A DNA stretch of 64,000 nt. Source: Lentisphaerae bacterium GWF2_49_21. Lineage in GTDB: Bacteria; Verrucomicrobiota; Lentisphaeria; Victivallales; GWF2-50-93. The stretch lies in the NCBI GenBank assembly GCA_001804805.1, contig MHBH01000077.1:87355-151354 (forward strand), read 5' to 3'. A program made the translations under genes and the position numbers. Positions 53,955 to 63,610 of this stretch are shown piece by piece. Each line of letters starts with the position of its first letter. Positions within the stretch are counted from its first letter, which is position 1. Under the pieces are notes generated by a model. The model did not search any database. It was given only the letters and a program-made list of their open reading frames with translations, and was not told the DNA's origin.

Positions 53955-55267
53955 CCCCTGATTATTTTAAGAAGCTCGTCTCGCCTGGCTTCCATCGTCT
54001 TCTTGTCCCTGGCCTCGGTGATCAGCCTCAGGAGCGGCTCGGTGTTGGATGCCCTCACATTGAACCACCAGTCCTTGTACTCCACGGAGATCCCGTCAAG
54101 CTCGAACATCCTGCCGTCGGAATATTTCTCCTTGATCTTTTCCAGTACCGTCTTCACGTCGGCCACCTTGGAATTGATCTCGCCGCTGGAGCAATATATC
54201 CTGAGAGGGGCGACAAGTTCGCTTACCTTCTTCTTCGTCTTGCACACAAGGTTTGCAAGCTTCAGCATCGCGAGCCCCTGCGATTCCGTCGTGTAGTTCT
54301 GCTTGAAATAGTAATGCCCTGAGAGCTCCCCTGCGAAAACCGCACCATATTCGCGCATCTGCGCCTTGATGAAGGCGTGCCCTACCCTGGACATGATAGC
54401 CTTGCCTCCGTTCTTCTCGATGCACTCCTTGACCGCCCAGCTGCTCCTTAGATCATATAGGATTGTCGCCGGTCCTTCGGAAAGGATGTCCTGGGCGATG
54501 AGGGCCGTGAAAAGATCCATGGGGATGATTTCGCCTTTGTCGTCTATAAAACCGCAGCGGTCGGCATCGCCGTCGAAGCCTGCTCCGAAATCCGCTCCGA
54601 CCTCCTTGACCTTGGCGCGAAGGGCGTCAAGCGTATGTGTCTCCAGCGGATTCGCCTCGTGGTTGGGGAAAGTGCCATCAAGTTTTTCATACAGTGGAAT
54701 AAGTTCGAACATGTCCCTGATCCCGGCGATCTCGTAAGAGCCCATGGCGTTTGCGAAATCCGCAACAACTTTAAGCTTCCGGTCGAGTTTCGCATACTTC
54801 CTCAGGAATTCACCATATTCCTTGGAAATGTCATATGTTGATTTCTTTCCTTTGACCGCGCAGTTCTTCCAGAGCCTGTCATGCACGATCTTCTCGATGT
54901 CGGCTATGCCTGTCGCGCCGCTGATCGGAATAGCCTGGTTGCGGCAGAGCTTGAACCCGTTCCACTGCCCGGGATTGTGAGAGGCGGTGATCATGACGCT
55001 GCCGTCGGCACCGAGTTTTCCGTTCGCGTAATATGACATCGGCGTCGAGCAGAGCCCGATGTCGATCACGTCCGCCCCCTGCCCTGTCATGCCTTTCGCG
55101 AGCGCCTCGAAAAGAGGGACCGAGTGCGGGCGCATGTCGCGTCCGACGACGACTTTTCTTGCACCTGTGAAATGAATGAATGCGCGTCCTATGTTTTCAG
55201 CCGTCTGTTCGTTGAGCTGATCCGGATATATTCCTCTGATATCATAAGCCTTGAAGATTCCAGCCAT
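53951..55267 (-). CDS. phosphomannomutase/phosphoglucomutase
   Basis: 438 aa. Active-site TASHNPGQWNGFK; metal loop DGDADR. Confidence 0.9.
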   Translation of the reverse strand: MAGIFKAYDIRGIYPDQLNEQTAENIGRAFIHFTGARKVVVGRDMRPHSVPLFEALAKGMTGQGADVIDIGLCSTPMSYYANGKLGADGSVMITASHNPGQWNGFKLCRNQAIPISGATGIADIEKIVHDRLWKNCAVKGKKSTYDISKEYGEFLRKYAKLDRKLKVVADFANAMGSYEIAGIRDMFELIPLYEKLDGTFPNHEANPLETHTLDALRAKVKEVGADFGAGFDGDADRCGFIDDKGEIIPMDLFTALIAQDILSEGPATILYDLRSSWAVKECIEKNGGKAIMSRVGHAFIKAQMREYGAVFAGELSGHYYFKQNYTTESQGLAMLKLANLVCKTKKKVSELVAPLRIYCSSGEINSKVADVKTVLEKIKEKYSDGRMFELDGISVEYKDWWFNVRASNTEPLLRLITEARDKKTMEARRDELLKIIRG

Positions 55268-55331
55268 TGTCGATCTCCTGATAATTAATTTTGAATGTTT
55301 CCTATATTGTATTGTCTTTTTACATTATGTC

Positions 55332-55353
55332 AAAAATCCGACGCCGGATTTTT
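55332..55353. terminator. bidirectional terminator-like hairpin AAAAATCCG-ACGC-CGGATTTTT
   Basis: 5-bp GC/AT stem flanked by an A-run and a T-run. No annotated gene ends here. Confidence 0.45.
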
Positions 55354-55355
55354 CA

Positions 55356-55620
55356 TCCGTAAATAAAGAATCTCCTGACGGCCATCCTATCCCCGCCGCA
55401 TCCGGCTTCGCAAGACTACGCCGTGACAAGAGCAGCGGGGTATTACGGACGCCCTCCCTCGCCTCGCGGCGGGCCGGATATTCTTTATAACAAAAGAAAT
55501 TCTAAGCCGACCCAAGGGTTCGGGGAATTTGACCCAACTAAGATTAATGGGTATGCCTCCCCTTTTGGCACAAATACCGCATCCCGCTTGGAAATAGCAG
55601 TTCCCCGCGTGTATTTTACT
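55356..55620. other. GC-rich structured non-coding region (candidate small RNA; strand unknown)
   Basis: No ORF. Complementary blocks CCCGCCGC/GCGGCGGG and ATCCGG/CCGGAT in mutually exclusive order. Hairpins at 55507-55524 and 55550-55578. Confidence 0.3.
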
Positions 55621-55656
55621 GGTTTTATTTTATAGAAGCAACTTTAAAGAGACCTG

Positions 55657-56931
55657 ATGAACCATTTCCTGACAGATCTGTTCCTGGCATGGCGCTACCT
55701 GAAGCCCAAGCGAAATGCAGTTTCCCTTATAACCTGCATGTCCGTCATGGGAGTCACGCTCGGTGTCGCCGTCCTCATTGTCGTCCTGGCGGTCATGACC
55801 GGCTTTACAGACGAGATGAAGGAGAAGATGATCGACACGATGGCGCACATACAGATCCAGGACGTGAGGAGAGGATACATTTCCAATCCCGGAAAGGTGC
55901 TGAAGGAGGTCAAGGCGCTAGGCTGCGAAGCTTCGCCAGTGGTATACAGGTACGGACTCCTGCAGAAGGGCGAAAGCCTGATTCCGCGCACAGTGATCGG
56001 GATCCGGCCGGAAGAGCAGAACTCCGGCATAGATGTGAAGAGATACATGTTCATCGGCAAGTTCTCCCTCGCCAAGGGTGAAGCCCTCATCAGCGACATC
56101 ACCGCCCAGGAGCTCAACCTCAGGATCGGCGACAAGATAATCCTCCATTCGCCTTCGAAGATAACCAGGATGTTCAAATACGAGGAGGGAAAGGGCTTCA
56201 AGTTCAACGAGGACAAGGCGAAGGTCTTCCTCCCTGACGAATACAGGATTTCCGGAATATTCTCCTTCGGAAAATACGACTTCGACAATTCAGTCCTCTT
56301 CATAAACATCGACGACGCCGCCGAACTCTTCGACCTTCCATGGGATTCTGCAACGGCAGTATATGTACGCACAAAGGATCCCTTCAATCTCAACGACACC
56401 TTGACATCGCTCGAGAAGAGCCTGCCTGAACTCCAGATATACTCCTGGCAGCAGCTCAACAGGCAGTTCCTCGGAGTGCTGGCGGTTGAAAAGAACATGA
56501 TGTTCTTCCTGCTGATATTCATAGTGCTGGTCGCTGCGTTCAGCATATCGAACACACTCATCACGGTCGTTCTCCAGAAGACCCGCGAGATAGGGCTGAT
56601 CAAGGCCCTGGGCGCCTCCCCTCTCGCCATACTCCGCACATTCGTCCTCCAAGGTTTCATTGTCGGAATACTTGGCACGTTCTGCGGAACATTGCTTGGA
56701 ATCGCGGTGATACACTGGCGGAATGGAATCATGCATGCCGTAAGCAGTCTCACGGGCATGGAACTTTTCCCGAAGAAGTTTTATTTCTTCAGCGAACTGC
56801 CGGCCAGGATTGTGACAGGAGATCTCGTGCTGATATGCGTTGTCTCAATCATTCTTTGCACCATAGGCGCACTGATTCCGGCATGGAGGGCGGCCAGGTT
56901 GGATCCGGCCAAGGCGCTGAGATACGAGTGA
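55657..56931 (+). CDS. lolC: lipoprotein-releasing system permease (LolC/E, FtsX family)
   Basis: 424 aa. N-terminal FLAWRYLKPKR; 4 TM helices plus a periplasmic domain. Confidence 0.85.
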   Translation: MNHFLTDLFLAWRYLKPKRNAVSLITCMSVMGVTLGVAVLIVVLAVMTGFTDEMKEKMIDTMAHIQIQDVRRGYISNPGKVLKEVKALGCEASPVVYRYGLLQKGESLIPRTVIGIRPEEQNSGIDVKRYMFIGKFSLAKGEALISDITAQELNLRIGDKIILHSPSKITRMFKYEEGKGFKFNEDKAKVFLPDEYRISGIFSFGKYDFDNSVLFINIDDAAELFDLPWDSATAVYVRTKDPFNLNDTLTSLEKSLPELQIYSWQQLNRQFLGVLAVEKNMMFFLLIFIVLVAAFSISNTLITVVLQKTREIGLIKALGASPLAILRTFVLQGFIVGILGTFCGTLLGIAVIHWRNGIMHAVSSLTGMELFPKKFYFFSELPARIVTGDLVLICVVSIILCTIGALIPAWRAARLDPAKALRYE

Positions 56932-56980
56932 TACGCAGCGGACGCTGCGTATATATAAAATAAGGGATGATAATTTTATC

Positions 56981-57670
56981 ATGAGTGAAGGCTTCATACA
57001 GGCAAGGGGTATATACAAGGACTACAAGATCGAGAAGACCAAGATCTCGGTCCTGCGCGGCGCCAATCTGGATGTCCGGAAAGGTGAATGGATCGCCCTT
57101 CTGGGAGCCTCAGGCAGCGGCAAGACCACCCTGCTCAATATCATCGGCGCCCTTGAAAGCCCCGACCAGGGGGATATTACTTTCGACGGATTCAAGTATT
57201 CCTCGATGTCCAGGGAGAAGTCGTCCGACTTCCGTCTCAACAAGGTCGGTTTCATTTTCCAGGCATATCACATGCTGCCGGAACTTACCATCCTTGAGAA
57301 TGTAAAGCTCCCGGCGATGCTCAAGGGACGCCACGGGGAGGCCGTCTCGGTGGAAGCGCGGGAACTTCTCGACAAGGTCGGACTCGGCCACCGTCTCAAA
57401 CACAAGCCGGCGGAGCTTTCCGGAGGTGAACAGCAGAGGGCGGCTATTGCAAGGGCCCTGATAAACTCCCCTCTCCTCGTGCTGGCCGATGAGCCGACGG
57501 GCAACCTGGACTCCAAAACCGGCTCCGAGATACTTGAAATTTTCAAAAAACTGCATAGTAGTGATTCAGGCAAGACGATGATCATGGTCACCCACGATCC
57601 GGATGTCGCAACGCTTGCAGACAGGATCGTCCACATGAAAGACGGGATAATCGTTGAGTCCGCTCAATGA
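56981..57670 (+). CDS. lolD: lipoprotein-releasing system ATP-binding protein
   Basis: 229 aa. Walker A GASGSGKTT, signature LSGGEQQR, Walker B LVLADEP. Confidence 0.88.
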   Translation: MSEGFIQARGIYKDYKIEKTKISVLRGANLDVRKGEWIALLGASGSGKTTLLNIIGALESPDQGDITFDGFKYSSMSREKSSDFRLNKVGFIFQAYHMLPELTILENVKLPAMLKGRHGEAVSVEARELLDKVGLGHRLKHKPAELSGGEQQRAAIARALINSPLLVLADEPTGNLDSKTGSEILEIFKKLHSSDSGKTMIMVTHDPDVATLADRIVHMKDGIIVESAQ

Positions 57671-57682
57671 TGGAGGGATAAA

Positions 57683-58234
57683 ATGCTTTGCGAAATCTGC
57701 CATAAGAATGAAGCCACGATACATATACAGGAAATCATAAATTCCCAGAAGAAGGCCCTTCACATCTGCCAGGACTGCGCATCAAAGAAAAATACCGGCA
57801 ACGGCATATTCAACGGCCTCAATCTTGCGGACATCCTCTATAATATCTCATCAAATATCTCCAGTACTGCGCCCGATGCGGAAAAAATACAGGATAAGAC
57901 AGTCACACCGGTACCGGTGATAACCTGCGGCAAATGCGGCTGGACCACGGCCAAGTTCAGTGAAAAGGGGAGGATCGGATGCGCCAACTGCTACAATGTC
58001 TTCAGGGATATCCTCTCCCTGGCGTTGAAAAACATGCACAAGGGCACATTGCATGTGGGGAAACGCCCGGGTGCGCGGCGTCCCGAGGATGAGGAGGCAG
58101 GAAGGAACGCCATCGAGATCATGAAGCTCCAGAAACAGCTCGAAGAGCATGTCATCAGGGAGGAATATGAGAAGGCCGCCCAGATCAGGGACAGGATATC
58201 CACTCTGAAGAGCAAGAATAAAAAAAGCAGATAG
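57683..58234 (+). CDS. mcsA: McsA-like protein (zinc fingers + UVR motif), arginine kinase activator
   Basis: 183 aa. CEIC...CQDC and CGKC...CANC; C-terminal EEYEKAAQIRDRI UVR motif. Confidence 0.75.
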   Translation: MLCEICHKNEATIHIQEIINSQKKALHICQDCASKKNTGNGIFNGLNLADILYNISSNISSTAPDAEKIQDKTVTPVPVITCGKCGWTTAKFSEKGRIGCANCYNVFRDILSLALKNMHKGTLHVGKRPGARRPEDEEAGRNAIEIMKLQKQLEEHVIREEYEKAAQIRDRISTLKSKNKKSR

Positions 58235-58248
58235 GACTCAGCGGAACC

Positions 58249-59319
58249 ATGCAGGACAATCCGGTAAACAAACTTTTTGAAAAACGTGTAAGCTGGCTCG
58301 CGGACAGCGGCCCCGAGGACGACATAGCCATAAGCTCAAGGATACGTCTCGCGAGAAACCTGTGCGATCTGCCTTTTCCTTCGAATGCAAGCACGGAACA
58401 TCTTGATTCCTCCACCGCCGCGGTCCTCCTGGCCGTGGAAAAATTGAAGATCTTCAAGAAATTCTACGAGATCGACATGTCCAAGCTGAGCGCCCTCGAC
58501 AGGCAGGTCCTCCTTGAAAGAAGGCTCATAAGCAGGGAGTTCTACGCGAAGAAGCAGAACACCGCCCTTATAATGACGGATGATGAGATATGCGCCATCA
58601 TGATCAACGAGGAGGACCACCTGAGGATGCAGGCGATACTCTCGGGACTGCGCCTCGGCGAAGTCTGGAAGATCATTGACAGGATGGATGACAGGCTCTC
58701 GACCGAGCTTCCTTTCGCCTTCGATGTGAACCTTGGATACCTGACATCCTGTCCTACAAATGTCGGAACGGGAATCAGGGCTTCGGTAATGCTGCATCTC
58801 CCGGGACTTGTCCTTTGCGAACAGATAAACGCCGTCATCCAGGCGGTAAACAAGCTCGGACTTGCCGTCAGGGGTATTTTCGGAGAGGGAACTGAAAGCC
58901 TTGGAAACCTTTTCCAGATCTCGAACCAGAGCACTCTCGGCGAAACGGAGGTTCAGATCATCGACAGGCTCGAATCGGTCATCAGGCAGATAATCAACCA
59001 TGAGAAGAACTCCCGCCAGAAGCTCCTGCATAACCGCAGGGAATTCCTGATGAACCACATTGGAAGGGCATTTGGAATACTGAGGCATTCATACATCGTA
59101 TCGAGCGAGGAGACACTGAACTCCCTTTCCGCGCTGAGACTCGGCGTTGACATGGGCATGTTCTCGTCAGTAGACATTCATACGGTAAATGAGCTGTTCG
59201 TGACAGTACAGCCCGGACATCTGCAGAAATACGCCGGCAAGGAGATCGATCCCTCCGAGCGCGATATTTTCCGGGCCACTCTAATAAGGGAGAGGTTGAA
59301 GTCTTCGGAAAAGAAATGA
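58249..59319 (+). CDS. mcsB: protein arginine kinase (ATP:guanido phosphotransferase)
   Basis: 356 aa. CPTNVGTGIRASVMLHLPGL signature. Confidence 0.88.
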   Translation: MQDNPVNKLFEKRVSWLADSGPEDDIAISSRIRLARNLCDLPFPSNASTEHLDSSTAAVLLAVEKLKIFKKFYEIDMSKLSALDRQVLLERRLISREFYAKKQNTALIMTDDEICAIMINEEDHLRMQAILSGLRLGEVWKIIDRMDDRLSTELPFAFDVNLGYLTSCPTNVGTGIRASVMLHLPGLVLCEQINAVIQAVNKLGLAVRGIFGEGTESLGNLFQISNQSTLGETEVQIIDRLESVIRQIINHEKNSRQKLLHNRREFLMNHIGRAFGILRHSYIVSSEETLNSLSALRLGVDMGMFSSVDIHTVNELFVTVQPGHLQKYAGKEIDPSERDIFRATLIRERLKSSEKK

Positions 59320-59320
59320 A

Positions 59321-59430
59321 TGTCCAATATCGAACAAGGAATGTCGAATGTTGAAGTAAATTTCCCGGAAAATGATTTTGATTCCACTTGGATATTGGAA
59401 ATTCCTTGTTGGATATTGGTTATTCAAGGA
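59321..59430. repeat. heptamer-periodic inverted repeat between mcsB and the kinase gene
   Basis: TGTCCAA TATCGAA CAAGGAA TGTCGAA TGTTGAA (59321-59355) against TTCCACT TGGATAT TGGAAAT TCCTTGT TGGATAT TGGTTAT (59382-59423). A 19-nt core matches with 1 mismatch. Confidence 0.65.
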
Positions 59431-59441
59431 AAGATGTTTTA

Positions 59442-61415
59442 ATGGAAACAACGATAACATGCGTACTGGCCCTTCTTGAGATGACTTTCATCTTCGTGGG
59501 GCTCCTTATACTCCACGGCCTCAGGAAGGAGATCGGAAGTTCGGCCTTCTATATTGCCATCGGGCTCCTGCTTATTTTCACCCAGCTGGTGAGTGCAACC
59601 GAATTGAAGGTCATAATCGGATTCCAGGGCGCTGATTTCTATATTGCTCAAAGCGTGCTTTTCCTTCCATATCTCGCAGCCCTGATGGTCATCTATATAA
59701 CAGAGGGGACGCTCACCACCCACAGGTTCATAATCGGCGCCATGGCGACCCTCGGCCTCTACGTCTACCTGAGCTACATCACGGGAATGCAATGCGGCTG
59801 GGCCGGCATGACCATATCCCAGGGCGCATCTGCAAGCTCCTTTGAAAACCTCCTCTCCAACAGCCAGAGGACCATGGCAAGTTCCATCCTCGCGCAGACA
59901 CTGGACCTCTTCCTGATTCCAATCTTCTTCCAGAGACTGAGAAACCTAGGATGCAGAATGTTCTTCTCGGTGCTCGGTTCGCTGATGCTGACGCAGCTTG
60001 TCGACACCTTCGTCTATTCCTTCGTATGCTTCTGGGGCGAACCGCAGCTCTGGGTCTACCTGAGATCCTCATATATCGCAAAAGCCGTCTTCACGATTGT
60101 GCTCAGCGTGATCGCCACAATATATCTAACCAAGATCGAGACCGAGATCCCCGGCGAAAAACGCAGGACGCTCGATATCATAGTCGCATTCCTTGAAAGC
60201 TACAGCAAGACTAAGATCCTCGAAAGGAACCTGCAGGAATCGGAAGGCAGATACCGTACCGTGATTGAAAACGCAAGCGACATGATACTGCTCCTGAACC
60301 GGGATGGAAAGATCCTCGATGCAAACAACACCGCACTCTCCCTGCTCCATATGAAAGCCAAGAAGGAGATCATCGGAAAATCATTCCCCGAAATGCTCAC
60401 GGACACTTCCGAATTCCCGTTCAACATAGACTCCTACTGGGATGAGACTGTCAGAAAGACAAAACTTGGCGAACCCCACATCCACAATTTCCAGCTCCAC
60501 GCTCTTTCCCCGAACGGAAAGAAAATCGAACTCGATGTGGCCCTCAACGTCATGGAAGTGGAGAACGTGCAGGTGCTGATAGTGTTTGGCAGGGATGTCA
60601 CCGAACAGAACAGGCTCAACCGGGAACAGGAGGAGCTCCGCGAGGAACTCGCGCACGCACAGAGGCTGGAATCAGTCGGACAGCTCGCCGGCGGCGTCGC
60701 GCACGACTTCAACAACTACCTCCACGCCATCCAGGGCAATCTCGACATCCTTCTTTATATGCACGAAATCGAGGACAAGAAGGTCATCAAGCACCTGAAC
60801 AGGATTACTGACATCACCGGACAGGCATCCAAGCTGACAGGGGAGCTGCTCGGTTTCGCACGCAAGGGCAAATACCGCGAAGAGATACTGGACCTTTCAA
60901 AGCTCATGCGCGAAACTATCGAGCTCTTCAGTCCGCCGTCTCTCGGAAACATTGAACTGGCAATTGACATCGACAAGGGCAAAATGACTGTCAAGGGCGA
61001 TGCCGTCCAGCTCAAGCAGGTCTTCCTGAACATACTGATAAACGCCAGGGACGCCGTTGAATCCAAGGCCGGAAAGAACGCCAGGATATCGCTGGAAGCC
61101 AAAAACGCCGAAGTCTTCATAGAAAAATATTTCCCGCCTCCAGAAAAGGAGAACATGAAAATATCGTCGTTCTTCTGCGTCAGGATACAGGACAATGGAA
61201 TCGGGATGGACAAGGAGACGCTGAGCCGCATCTATGATCCTTTCTTCACGACCAAGCCCATAGGGAAAGGCACCGGCATGGGGCTCGCGATGGCCTATGG
61301 CGCAATCTCCAACCATCATGGATGGATGTACGTAGAAAGCAATGAGGGCGAAGGCTCCGCCTTCTACATATTCCTGCCCCGATACGATGGAAAGGAAGAA
61401 TTGCAACATGCTTAA
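59442..61415 (+). CDS. membrane PAS sensor histidine kinase
   Basis: Polytopic N-terminus, PAS domain (SEGRYRTVIENASD), H-box VAHDFNNYL, HATPase GTGMGLAMAYG. Start could instead be the TTG at 59388. Confidence 0.85.
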   Translation: METTITCVLALLEMTFIFVGLLILHGLRKEIGSSAFYIAIGLLLIFTQLVSATELKVIIGFQGADFYIAQSVLFLPYLAALMVIYITEGTLTTHRFIIGAMATLGLYVYLSYITGMQCGWAGMTISQGASASSFENLLSNSQRTMASSILAQTLDLFLIPIFFQRLRNLGCRMFFSVLGSLMLTQLVDTFVYSFVCFWGEPQLWVYLRSSYIAKAVFTIVLSVIATIYLTKIETEIPGEKRRTLDIIVAFLESYSKTKILERNLQESEGRYRTVIENASDMILLLNRDGKILDANNTALSLLHMKAKKEIIGKSFPEMLTDTSEFPFNIDSYWDETVRKTKLGEPHIHNFQLHALSPNGKKIELDVALNVMEVENVQVLIVFGRDVTEQNRLNREQEELREELAHAQRLESVGQLAGGVAHDFNNYLHAIQGNLDILLYMHEIEDKKVIKHLNRITDITGQASKLTGELLGFARKGKYREEILDLSKLMRETIELFSPPSLGNIELAIDIDKGKMTVKGDAVQLKQVFLNILINARDAVESKAGKNARISLEAKNAEVFIEKYFPPPEKENMKISSFFCVRIQDNGIGMDKETLSRIYDPFFTTKPIGKGTGMGLAMAYGAISNHHGWMYVESNEGEGSAFYIFLPRYDGKEELQHA

Positions 61416-62304
61416 AAATCCATTTCCTGGAAACATCAAACATATCGCCATCGTATCACTGGCGGGAAAACCCAAGAAAGAGGCGGTATCGGCAACGTGC
61501 AAGCTTCTGAAGGAGCTCGGTATAAGGATTACTGTCATGCCTAACGTCTTCGCCCCCGAGCATGGACCACAACTTCCTTCCGGCTGCGAGCTCCGCATTT
61601 CTGACCTGCACAGGGCGCTGAAGGACAAATCCGTCGATCTCATCCTTTGTTCACGTGGAGGACATGGTTCGGCACATCTTCTTGACAAGGTTGACTGGGC
61701 GCTACTGAAAAAAAGGAATATTCCTGTCCTCGGATACAGCGACATCACCACCTTCCATCTTGCGATGTTCGCAAAAAAGGCCGGAACCGCCATCTCGTCC
61801 CCCATGCCTTTTGAACTTCCAAGGGCGCTGAAACATCCTCTTACATGGGATTCCCTGCATCACTCCTTTGATGATGATTCAAAGAAAAATTTTCCGCTCG
61901 CGGAAAAATTTAAAATTAACGTGATAAGAAGAGGCAAGGCCTCCGGAAGGATAATCCCAGTAAACCTCACAGTTCTTACGACCATGCTCGGGACTCCATA
62001 CCTGCCCGATTTTAAAGGTGCTGTACTTCTTATAGAGGATCTCAATGAGCCCGTCTACAAACTCGACCGTTACCTCACACATCTTAGGCTTGCCGGGGTG
62101 TTGAAGGATATTTCAGCATTGCTTTTCGGAAATTTCCGGCGATGTGGGAATGAGAAGGAAAGGAAGAGAATCTTTGCGAAATTCGCAGAAGATGTCAAGG
62201 GCCCGGTAATCTCCGGCATTCCCTTCGGCCACATCAAGCGCCGCCTCTGCCTGCGCTTCGGCTCCAAAGTCAAAATTGACAACGATAAAATATCCTATCT
62301 ATGA
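61408..62304 (+). CDS. ldcA: LD-carboxypeptidase (peptidase S66)
   Basis: Start at the ATG at 61408 (8-nt overlap with the kinase gene). Nucleophile motif GYSDITTFH. Confidence 0.8.
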   Translation: MLKNPFPGNIKHIAIVSLAGKPKKEAVSATCKLLKELGIRITVMPNVFAPEHGPQLPSGCELRISDLHRALKDKSVDLILCSRGGHGSAHLLDKVDWALLKKRNIPVLGYSDITTFHLAMFAKKAGTAISSPMPFELPRALKHPLTWDSLHHSFDDDSKKNFPLAEKFKINVIRRGKASGRIIPVNLTVLTTMLGTPYLPDFKGAVLLIEDLNEPVYKLDRYLTHLRLAGVLKDISALLFGNFRRCGNEKERKRIFAKFAEDVKGPVISGIPFGHIKRRLCLRFGSKVKIDNDKISYL

Positions 62305-62903
62305 TCTCGACTCCAGTATTAGTGCTGAGGAAGACTCCTTACAGCGAGACAAGCATCATTGCCGCAACGCTGAGCCCTGAGCATGGCCGTCTGGACTTCA
62401 TGATCAAGGGGGCGAGACAGATCTCCAGGAAAAAATTTCCACAGGTAGATCTTTTCCGTGAGCTTGAAGTCCATTTCCACCATAATAATTCCGGCCTCAA
62501 CAACATACATTCCGTTGAACTTATAAGCTCCTTTGACAACATAGCATCCTTTCCATCAAACTATCTGAGTGGATGCGAGATCGCGACATTCGTCCTGCGG
62601 AATTCGCAGAGCATGATCCCTTCGCCAGAGGTCTATTCTGCTTTAAAGACATCATTCTCGGCTTTGAGCAGTTCTAAGACGGATATTCCATGGACAGCTC
62701 TTTTGAAGCTTGTCTATCTTGATGAACATGGTTTCCTACCGGAAGACATGGATTTGAGCGGTGATTCAAAAAAACAGGAAGTGATGGAAAACCTGCTCGA
62801 TGCTGTGATCCTAGGTTCACCCCTGCCCGATTTCCCCAGTAAAACCTGGCAGAAACTCGCCGAATGGGCCGACAAGCTCTGCAAGTACCATGAACTAGAG
62901 TAA
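62301..62903 (+). CDS. recO: DNA repair protein RecO (short form)
   Basis: 200 aa. N-terminal OB-fold pattern VLVLRKTPYSETSIIAATLSPEHGRLDFMIKGAR. Confidence 0.7.
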   Translation: MISTPVLVLRKTPYSETSIIAATLSPEHGRLDFMIKGARQISRKKFPQVDLFRELEVHFHHNNSGLNNIHSVELISSFDNIASFPSNYLSGCEIATFVLRNSQSMIPSPEVYSALKTSFSALSSSKTDIPWTALLKLVYLDEHGFLPEDMDLSGDSKKQEVMENLLDAVILGSPLPDFPSKTWQKLAEWADKLCKYHELE

Positions 62904-62945
62904 GATTGAGTCGGAGAACCGACCATAAAGAGAGTCTTGTGCATT

Positions 62946-63087
62946 GCTGTAGCCGCGTCACTCTGATGACGCGTCTAGTATTGAAGAACACGCCAACAGA
63001 GTGGCGTGGCTACAGCAGAGCAATTATAGAAAAACAAATCATTAGAAACAGAAGGGACGCGTCAGCAGAGTGACGCGGCTACAGTGG
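62946..63087 (+). repeat. REP cluster (3 REPs), left direct repeat of the RAYT cassette
   Basis: GTAGCCGCGTCACTCTGATGACGCGTC (62949-62975, forward), GTAGCCACGCCACTCTGTTGGCGTG (62989-63013, reverse), GTAGCCGCGTCACTCTGCTGACGCGTC (63056-63082, reverse). Confidence 0.85.
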
Positions 63088-63113
63088 AAATAATTATATA
63101 AGGAGCATGCGAT

Positions 63114-63593
63114 ATGGAGGAATATCCTAAGAGACCGCCCCGCCTTACGACATTGTTCAGCGGCGTAAAACCATTTTATTTCGTAACGTTCAACACTCGC
63201 AACAGGAAAAGCGTTCTTGCAAATGACAAGATCTATGAACGTTTTCTATCCTTCTGCAATGAAGCGAAAGAACATGGAGTCTTCGTCGGGACATTCGTAA
63301 TCATGCCAGATCACATTCACTTGTACGTCTGGATAAATCTTGAAAGCTGTGGCCTCAAGAAATGGATTAAATCCTTGAAATGCTTTTTAAGCGTCAGTCT
63401 GGATGAAATGAACGTCAAAAGACCTCATTGGCAAGAAGGATTTTTCGACCATATCCTACGAAGCTCCGACAGCTACAGGGAGAAGAGCATTTACATGATG
63501 AATAATCCTGCAAGGGCAGGTTTATGTAAACCACCTGATGAATGGAAGTACAAAGGGACAATGAAAGACATCTACTGGTCTGACTACGATTAA
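63114..63593 (+). CDS. REP-associated tyrosine transposase (IS200/IS605-like Y1 HUH enzyme)
   Basis: 159 aa. HUH motif (MPDHIHLYV) and catalytic Tyr context (SIYMMNNP). Flanked by GTAG-headed REPs. Confidence 0.85.
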   Translation: MEEYPKRPPRLTTLFSGVKPFYFVTFNTRNRKSVLANDKIYERFLSFCNEAKEHGVFVGTFVIMPDHIHLYVWINLESCGLKKWIKSLKCFLSVSLDEMNVKRPHWQEGFFDHILRSSDSYREKSIYMMNNPARAGLCKPPDEWKYKGTMKDIYWSDYD

Positions 63594-63610
63594 ATTGATC
63601 TCTCGGCTTC

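Noticed and set aside
55695-56759. Long antisense ORFs (55695..56759, 2971..3708, 60897..61805, 25958..26611, 52756..53433, 23360..23929, 32635..33270)
   Set aside because: Each lies fully opposite a gene with clear family motifs and has low-complexity, Arg/Ser/Pro-rich composition typical of shadow frames.
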